Source of the DNA: Candidatus Anstonellales archaeon
GTDB lineage: Archaea; Micrarchaeota; Micrarchaeia; Anstonellales; J096
Assembly (NCBI GenBank): GCA_038890615.1
Contig: JAWAFI010000003.1
Span: forward strand, 1-64,000
Length of the DNA: 64,000 nt
Direction of reading: 5' to 3'
A program made the translations under genes and the position numbers. Shown here piece after piece: positions 58,239 to 64,000 of the stretch (position 1 is its first letter; each line of letters begins with the position of its first letter). The notes beneath the pieces were generated by a model that did no database searches, was not told the DNA's origin, and saw only the letters and a program-made list of their open reading frames with translations.

Positions 58239-59102
58239 GTGGAAGAAAAGGAATTCCGCGAGTGGCTAAGCTCATACACCGATGCAGACAAGTGCATGGA
58301 AGCATTTAAAAATAGAAAAAAATTCTTCAGAGTGAATACAATTAAAATAGGGCTGGAAGAGTTTGAGAAGGTAAGCATGCTTGAAAGGAAGGCTACCAAA
58401 GTCAAGGGTGCCTTTGAATATTTGGGGGAAGGGATAGGAAGGACATTTGACTATTTTTTGGGCTACATACACCCTCAAAGCCTAAGCTCCATAATGGTTT
58501 CTGAGGCGCTTGCGCCAAAAGCAGGCGAGGTAGTGCTCGATGCGGCAGCAGCCCCTGGCTCAAAGCTTACGCACATGGCCGCGCTTATGGAGAACAAAGG
58601 TGCAATAGTTGGGATAGAGCTGAAAGGCCACAAGCTAGGGCCTCTTTTTGACAACATCTCGCGCTTAGGGGTCATAAACGCGTGCATAATTGTAGGTGAT
58701 TCAACAAAATTCAAAAAAAGGATGTTTGGGAAGGCATTGGTAGATGCCCCATGCACTGCGCTTGGAAGCGGTGGCTCTGCATACCTAAGATGGGAGCCAC
58801 AGCACAGCAAAAGAATTTCTGTGCTGCAGGAAAAGATGCTACTTAACGCATACGATTGCCTGCTCGATGGAGGGGAACTAGTTTACTCAACCTGCACTTA
58901 CCCCCCAGAAGAGAACGAAAAGGTAGTGGCAAGGCTGCTTGAAGAGAGGGAAGGTGCATCGCTTATTGAAGTCCCATTAGAAGGGGATGGTGGAATAAGC
59001 GAATATGGAAAGGAGATGGGAAAATGCAGGAGGATTTACCCCCAACAAAACAACAGCGAAGGCTTCTTCATTGCAAAGGTGAAAAAGTATGGGGAGGGCT
59101 GA
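58239..59102 (+). CDS. RsmB/NOP2/Sun-family RNA m5C methyltransferase
   Basis: FRVNTIK, VLDAAAAPGSK, LVDAPCT, LVYSTCT, EENE, GFFIA. Confidence 0.93.
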   Translation: MEEKEFREWLSSYTDADKCMEAFKNRKKFFRVNTIKIGLEEFEKVSMLERKATKVKGAFEYLGEGIGRTFDYFLGYIHPQSLSSIMVSEALAPKAGEVVLDAAAAPGSKLTHMAALMENKGAIVGIELKGHKLGPLFDNISRLGVINACIIVGDSTKFKKRMFGKALVDAPCTALGSGGSAYLRWEPQHSKRISVLQEKMLLNAYDCLLDGGELVYSTCTYPPEENEKVVARLLEEREGASLIEVPLEGDGGISEYGKEMGKCRRIYPQQNNSEGFFIAKVKKYGEG

Positions 59103-59517
59103 GGACAAGCTAAGGGAAATGCTGATGGACAAATACGGCATAAGAATGGAAGAGACATTGCTTTTTGAGAAAGGTGCTGTCAAGATAATGAGCAAAAGGG
59201 TGGCAAAGCTCAACATTAAAGGGGCTGAGAGAGGGATGGTAGCCTCAAATGAATGGATGGTGCCTTCGCACAGCTTCATCCAGTTGGTCGGCAGGGAAGC
59301 CAAAAAAGGCTTTGTTGAGCTTGGCAAGGAGGAGGCGCTGCTTTTTGCTTCTGGAAAGAAAATAAAGAAAGAGGCAGCCAAGGGGCACTTGATAGCGATC
59401 TACAAAGGGCACTCAATGGGAATATGCTTTTCAAATGGCAAGGAACTTATGCCCAAGCTTGCCCCAAGGAAACAGAGGCGCCTGATAGGCGATATAAAGA
59501 ATAGGTTTTTAAAATAA
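59089..59517 (+). CDS. NIP7/RsmF C-terminal-like PUA-related protein
   Basis: ERG...PSHSFIQLVG...VELGKEEALLFASG pattern; coupled to the m5C methyltransferase. Confidence 0.6.
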   Translation: MGRAEDKLREMLMDKYGIRMEETLLFEKGAVKIMSKRVAKLNIKGAERGMVASNEWMVPSHSFIQLVGREAKKGFVELGKEEALLFASGKKIKKEAAKGHLIAIYKGHSMGICFSNGKELMPKLAPRKQRRLIGDIKNRFLK

Positions 59518-59534
59518 TCCAAAGTGCTCTCATT

Positions 59535-60161
59535 ATGAAAGCAGAAAACAAAGACATAGTGTACTTGCACTTCACCGGCTACAGCGATGATGGCAGGATC
59601 TTCGACAGCACAGAAGGCGAAATAGGGCAGAAGCTTTACGGAAGGAACAACGGAATAATGTTCATAGTAGGTGTAGACAAGATAGTAAAGGGGCTTGAAA
59701 ATGAAATAAGGAATATGGAAGAAGGAGAGGAAAGAGAGGTTTGGCTTGAGCCAGAGCAGAGCTTTGGGGAAAGGAAAAAAGACCTGCTTAAGATAATCCC
59801 ACTTAACATAGTCAAGGAGAAGGGGCTCAACCCAAAGGCTGGCATGAGCATGCAGATTGAAATTGATGGGATAAAGTATACAGGAGTGGTAAGGAGCATA
59901 AACGGAGGGAGAATGCTCGTTGACTTCAACCACCCGCTTGCAGGCAAGAAGGTAAGGTATAAAATAAAGCTCGAGAAAGTAATAAAAGACCCGTTTGAAA
60001 AGGCAGAGCTTCTTATGAAGGACGCTGGAGTAGAGGGCAATGCAACGAAAGAGGGCGGGAAGATAATAGTAAAAGTAAAAACAGAGAAAGACTATGAAAA
60101 GATGAAAAAAGCCCTTGAGAAGGTAGTAGGGGAGGGCTTTGATGTGCAGGTTGTGCAATAG
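59535..60161 (+). CDS. FKBP-type peptidyl-prolyl isomerase (long archaeal SlyD-like)
   Basis: GRIFDST, GLENE, PEQSFGER, VDFNHPLAGK. Confidence 0.92.
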   Translation: MKAENKDIVYLHFTGYSDDGRIFDSTEGEIGQKLYGRNNGIMFIVGVDKIVKGLENEIRNMEEGEEREVWLEPEQSFGERKKDLLKIIPLNIVKEKGLNPKAGMSMQIEIDGIKYTGVVRSINGGRMLVDFNHPLAGKKVRYKIKLEKVIKDPFEKAELLMKDAGVEGNATKEGGKIIVKVKTEKDYEKMKKALEKVVGEGFDVQVVQ

Positions 60162-60888
60162 GAACGCAAATTACGAAAGGCTAATCGCAACAATGCTTGA
60201 GCAAGACAGGAAAAGAATTGAAAGCACTAAAGTTTTGGCTGAAAGGATTGAAAAGCTCAAAAGCGCCATTTATTCTGAGGGGGAAATTTCAATAGGCAAG
60301 CCTATGCTAGAGCCCAAGATGCCGCTTCCTGTGCCTACCAACTACTTCCAAAACCTGCTCATTGACGGAGAAAAGGCGCCCAATGCTTTTTCGCACGGCT
60401 CAACAAGGGCCATATTCTTCAAGGAAAAAAAGGTCCATCTTCTTTCAAAGCAGGCAGTTGTCAAAGATGGGGTTGAGTTCATGGCGCATTACATTTATTG
60501 CTCTTTCCCTTTCAGCGAGCTGAGCATGAAAATCGGGGAAAAGGAGTCGGTTATTGAGTTCAGGGGAAAAAAGAAAATGACCAACCTTATTACTGGAAAG
60601 GAAGAGGAAAAGGAGCTCGCGTTCATGTTCAGCCATCAGAACATTGAAGGAAAATTCACCTCAAAAGACAGGCTGGTTGCCTCGCAGAGCTACAGGTCAG
60701 TAATTGCAAGGCACACCAACATAGACAGCTTCCTTGATTATATAGGGATGGAGGGTTACATAGTTACTGTTGCGCATTTCGCACCGTTTCCTTACCTTCT
60801 AAACCTACACAAAGAATATGGATATGACTCAAGGAAGGAAATGGCGTCAGATGTCAATAACTATTTGAAAGAAGCAGTAAGCGAATAG
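60142..60888 (+). CDS. Hypothetical protein with N-terminal CxxC
   Basis: About 248-aa ORF (MCRLC...) overlapping its neighbours. Confidence 0.6.
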   Translation: MCRLCNRNANYERLIATMLEQDRKRIESTKVLAERIEKLKSAIYSEGEISIGKPMLEPKMPLPVPTNYFQNLLIDGEKAPNAFSHGSTRAIFFKEKKVHLLSKQAVVKDGVEFMAHYIYCSFPFSELSMKIGEKESVIEFRGKKKMTNLITGKEEEKELAFMFSHQNIEGKFTSKDRLVASQSYRSVIARHTNIDSFLDYIGMEGYIVTVAHFAPFPYLLNLHKEYGYDSRKEMASDVNNYLKEAVSE

Positions 60889-61679
60889 CCAATGCAGTTG
60901 TGGATTATCCTGGCAGCCGCAAAAGGCCCATAGGAGCTAAGCGGAAGGAGCTCCACAGCATCCATACCAACAACATCGAAGTTGTAGAAAACCTCTTTTA
61001 GAAAAGAAAGAAGCTGGTAATATCCTATGCCTCCTGGCTCAGGCGTGCCAACATCTGGGATTACAGAAGGGTCAAGAGCGTCAAAGTCAAGCGATATGTA
61101 AAGAGGGCCTTCAAGCTTTGAAAGCGCCTCAGCAGGGTTGAATTCTGGCCCATACACTAGTATTCCTTTCCCTTTTATGTACTCGTCCTCCTCCCAGCTT
61201 ATTGCCCTTATGCCTATTGACACTGTTTCAACCCCAAGCTCATGGACTCGCCTCATAGCGCAAGCGTGCGAATCCTTCCTACCCTCATACTCAAAGCGCA
61301 TATCAGCATGCGCATCAATGTGGAGAAGCTTAAGGGAGGGATAACTTTTTTTCATTGCAGAAACTATTGGAGGGGTTATTGAATGCTCGCCCCCAAGGAA
61401 CACAGGGAACTTTGATCCTTCTAAAGCCCTGCTTACAAATGAAGGGATTGTGGCGCTGAGCTCCTCAAAACTTGAGCAGGGTACTGGCTCTTCTGTGTAT
61501 ATCTCCCTTATCTCCTGCCCAAGCTCCAATATGAACTCCTCAACATTGCACGAAGCCTTTATTATTGCTTCTGGCCCTTTTTGCGTGCCTTTCAAATAAG
61601 TGGTGGTTGCCTCATAAGGGACTGGGATCACCAAAGCCCTTGCGTCCCTATAGCTTACCTCATGCCCTAAGAATTGCAT
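60861..61679 (-). CDS. speB: Agmatinase
   Basis: GGEHS, IDAHADMR, SHAC, SLDFDALDP, GTPEPGG. Confidence 0.93.
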   Translation of the reverse strand: MQFLGHEVSYRDARALVIPVPYEATTTYLKGTQKGPEAIIKASCNVEEFILELGQEIREIYTEEPVPCSSFEELSATIPSFVSRALEGSKFPVFLGGEHSITPPIVSAMKKSYPSLKLLHIDAHADMRFEYEGRKDSHACAMRRVHELGVETVSIGIRAISWEEDEYIKGKGILVYGPEFNPAEALSKLEGPLYISLDFDALDPSVIPDVGTPEPGGIGYYQLLSFLKEVFYNFDVVGMDAVELLPLSSYGPFAAARIIHNCIGYSLTASFK

Positions 61680-61727
61680 AAGAGAATTATAAGCAAGGAT
61701 TTATAAAAAGGTTGCCATGAATAAGCA

Positions 61728-62498
61728 ATGGGATTCGTGGAAGATTATTTCATATCTCCGATCGTTGAAAGGAGCGGCTACAATATAGTTAATACCACTG
61801 TGTATGCGCTTATAGCCATAGCAATACTGTGGGTGGTTGAAAGGGAATTCAGGAAAAGGAAGATAGCCATTGACAGGAGGTTCATCGCAAACACGCTCCT
61901 TTTCGTGCTTGCCGGCTCATCTGCAAGGGCAGTTACCGATGCAACTGACTCTGGGCTCATAGGGGAGCCGTTCAGCTCAATCTACAAGTACAGCCTCCTT
62001 ACTGTGACCCCAGGAATATACATAGTTACAGCAGCGCTTTTCTTTGCTTCCCTCTTTGTGTTTAGGAAAATAGGAAGGGACGACTTCGGGATTGTGGCAG
62101 TGCCTTTCATAATCCTGCACTTGTTTTTGATAGCCCCCTTCTTTGTAAATCACCTTTACATTATGATAACCATAATGCTTGCCTTGCTTCCTTCTGCTTA
62201 CTTCTTAACTAAGTTTAAGGACAATGGCATTGCAGTTGCTGGGCAGGCGCTTGATGGGGCAGCCACATTCGTAGCAATAGAAATAAGCGGGATGTACGGA
62301 GAACAGCATGTCATTACTGCAGCATTGGGGGAATGGCTTGGGTATTTTGCTTTCTACCTGGTCAAAATAGCGCTTGCAGCGCTCATAGTGCACTTCACAA
62401 AAGGAGAGAAAGAAGGGCCTTTCATATGCCTTGTGGTTGCTGTAGCAGGGTTCGCACCAGGAATAAGGGATTCGCTTAGGCTTTGGGGTGGGTTCTGA
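61728..62498 (+). CDS. DUF63-family membrane protein
   Basis: GYNIVNT, LTVTPGIY, QALDGAAT, YGEQHV, GFAPGIRD. Confidence 0.85.
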   Translation: MGFVEDYFISPIVERSGYNIVNTTVYALIAIAILWVVEREFRKRKIAIDRRFIANTLLFVLAGSSARAVTDATDSGLIGEPFSSIYKYSLLTVTPGIYIVTAALFFASLFVFRKIGRDDFGIVAVPFIILHLFLIAPFFVNHLYIMITIMLALLPSAYFLTKFKDNGIAVAGQALDGAATFVAIEISGMYGEQHVITAALGEWLGYFAFYLVKIALAALIVHFTKGEKEGPFICLVVAVAGFAPGIRDSLRLWGGF

Positions 62499-63271
62499 TG
62501 CTTTTCCTAGTCGGCGCAGGGGTTTGCTTTGACCTTACAATGGAAGGCATTAGGGCGCTTAGAGCTGCAAAAGAGGCATACTTTGAGGGCTACACCTCAA
62601 AAATACCAGAAGGAAAAATAAAGGAAATCGAGTGGCTGGTAAAGAAGGAAATTAAGGAGCTGAAAAGGGAAGACCTTGAAAGCCCTTGGCTTGCAGAGAG
62701 GGCAAAGGAAACAGATGTAGCGCTTCTTGTTGCAGGCCATCCCCTTGTTGCCACAACCCATCTAACGCTCATTTTGGAATGCGAAAAGGCAGGGGTTGAG
62801 TGGAAGGTAGTGCACAACTCATCAATACATTCGGTTGCCCCTGCTTTGCTTGGGCTGCAGGTTTACAAATTCGGAAATAGCGTGAGCATTCCTCTTTTCG
62901 AGCGAAATTACAGGCCAACCTCTCCTCTAAGAAAGATAGAGGAAAACCTTAAAAGAGGGCTGCACACCTTGGTGCTTTTAGACACAGCAAAAGGCTTCAT
63001 GGACCTTAGGACTGCTGTTGAGGAGATAATGGAAATGGAAAAGGAGGAAGGGAAGGAAGTGGTAAAGGAAATCTGCTGCGTAGGGGATGCAGGGGGTAAA
63101 GAGGTATGCTGGTATGGAAGCAAAAAGGAAGCGCTGAATGCAGATGTGCCAAAGCCAATAGTGGCTGTTGTGCCTGGAAAGCTTGATGATATTGAGAAGG
63201 AGTATCTTGCGATGATCAGAAGAAGGTATGAGCGGGCCCAGAGGGATTTGAACCCCCGGCACACGGATTAA
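62498..63271 (+). CDS. dph5: Diphthine synthase
   Basis: MLFLVGAG, EGYTS, GHPLVATTH, GLQVYKFG, GLHTLVLLD; TGATG coupling. Confidence 0.92.
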   Translation: MLFLVGAGVCFDLTMEGIRALRAAKEAYFEGYTSKIPEGKIKEIEWLVKKEIKELKREDLESPWLAERAKETDVALLVAGHPLVATTHLTLILECEKAGVEWKVVHNSSIHSVAPALLGLQVYKFGNSVSIPLFERNYRPTSPLRKIEENLKRGLHTLVLLDTAKGFMDLRTAVEEIMEMEKEEGKEVVKEICCVGDAGGKEVCWYGSKKEALNADVPKPIVAVVPGKLDDIEKEYLAMIRRRYERAQRDLNPRHTD

Positions 63272-63306
63272 GAGTCCGTTGCTCTACCGAGCTGAGCTAT
63301 GGGCCC
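63233..63306 (-). tRNA. tRNA-Lys(CTT)
   Basis: GGGCCC acceptor, ACGGA-CTCTTAA-TCCGT anticodon arm, GTTCAAATC; no CCA. Confidence 0.95.
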
Positions 63307-63367
63307 ACAGGAGAATATTAATAGTCCTTGAAAAGGGGTTTAAAAGGCTATTCTTTTATTCCTGCCC

Positions 63368-64000
63368 TTACTGAGCTGGCTGAACCTCTTTAAGCTGGCC
63401 GTTTGAAACCTCAACAGCAACATAATCCCCAACCCTCTGGTGCACATGGTTGAACTTTATTATGCCTGTATACCCATTCCAAGCTATTAATGTGCTTAAA
63501 TAAGTAACAGGCGGAACGCCGCTTTCTATTGCATCCACTATTAGTGCTGAAGCATCAGCGCCCAAGAGCACCTTCTCGCGATTGCTTGGGGTTCCGTACT
63601 TGTTGACAAAGGAAGAAATGTACTGCTCGCCTTCTTGGGTTATTGTCTTTTTCTGGGAAACTCCCTTGAAGCCATTCCAGAGGGGCATCAGGTTCGAGGT
63701 GGCTGTGCTTATCTCATATTTGCCGCCATATACGTTCTTGGCAACGATCATTGAAAACGCCTTCTCAAGCGCCCCTGCAGCTACATTCTCATCCCTTGAA
63801 AGCACAAGCAATGCTTCAGGGTAAAGCTGCCTTATCTTAAGGAGCTGGTTGTCAGGCACAAAGAAAAATTTTTCCTCCAGCAGAACCTGACCCTTGTAAT
63901 GGTTTTTTAGGGTTTCCTTGAACTCAGTTTGGCTTTCTTCATAAAGTATGGCCATCCTTTTGCTTCCTATAAGCTCGGCAAGCGCTTTTGCATACTGGCC
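63368..64000 (-). CDS. Periplasmic-binding-protein-like (LivJ-type ABC substrate-binding) protein, C-terminal part
   Basis: Frame open to the window edge (GQYAKALAELIGSKRMAILYE); FVNKYG, GADASALIVDAI, GYTGIIKF. Confidence 0.65.
   Translation of the reverse strand, partial: GQYAKALAELIGSKRMAILYEESQTEFKETLKNHYKGQVLLEEKFFFVPDNQLLKIRQLYPEALLVLSRDENVAAGALEKAFSMIVAKNVYGGKYEISTATSNLMPLWNGFKGVSQKKTITQEGEQYISSFVNKYGTPSNREKVLLGADASALIVDAIESGVPPVTYLSTLIAWNGYTGIIKFNHVHQRVGDYVAVEVSNGQLKEVQPAQ

Overview
Compact, gene-dense archaeal chromosome segment. The stand-alone, divergent 16S rRNA gene, CCA-less tRNA genes, scattered operon fragments and reduced proteins point to a DPANN archaeon, most likely Micrarchaeota-related (inference, not tree-tested). 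Most genes are housekeeping: hisS, gltX, ABCE1, NMD3, Rpp21, Rnl3 ligase, the rpl18e-rpl13-rps9-rpoN-tRNA-Pro-rps2 cluster, rpl40e (missed by the ORF track), dph5, ScpAB, atpD, glmS, cysK, mvk, a prenyl synthase and agmatinase, plus four tRNAs. No CRISPR array, integrase or transposase was seen. Most interesting: (1) two giant, mutually homologous membrane proteins (signal peptide, Ig-like domain, TM helix, G-x-[ND]-P-x3-[FL]-D-I motif, long divergent tail). One is coupled to a Cys-rich lipoprotein with a degenerate lytic-transglycosylase-like domain, and a divergent VirB11/TadA-like ATPase and a pilin lie nearby. Together these form a candidate cell-contact or secretion apparatus. (2) An AT-rich four-gene operon with a tandem midasin/MoxR-like AAA+ ATPase and a 1201-aa HEXXH/acidic-linker/VWA protein. 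(3) A 10-nt T-loop (59/60) intron in tRNA-Pro(GGG). (4) An unannotated C/D box sRNA. (5) A CBS-HPF hibernation-factor-like gene. (6) Two single-base frameshifts in HEAT-like genes. (7) A repeat-rich AT-rich intergenic region that could be an origin.
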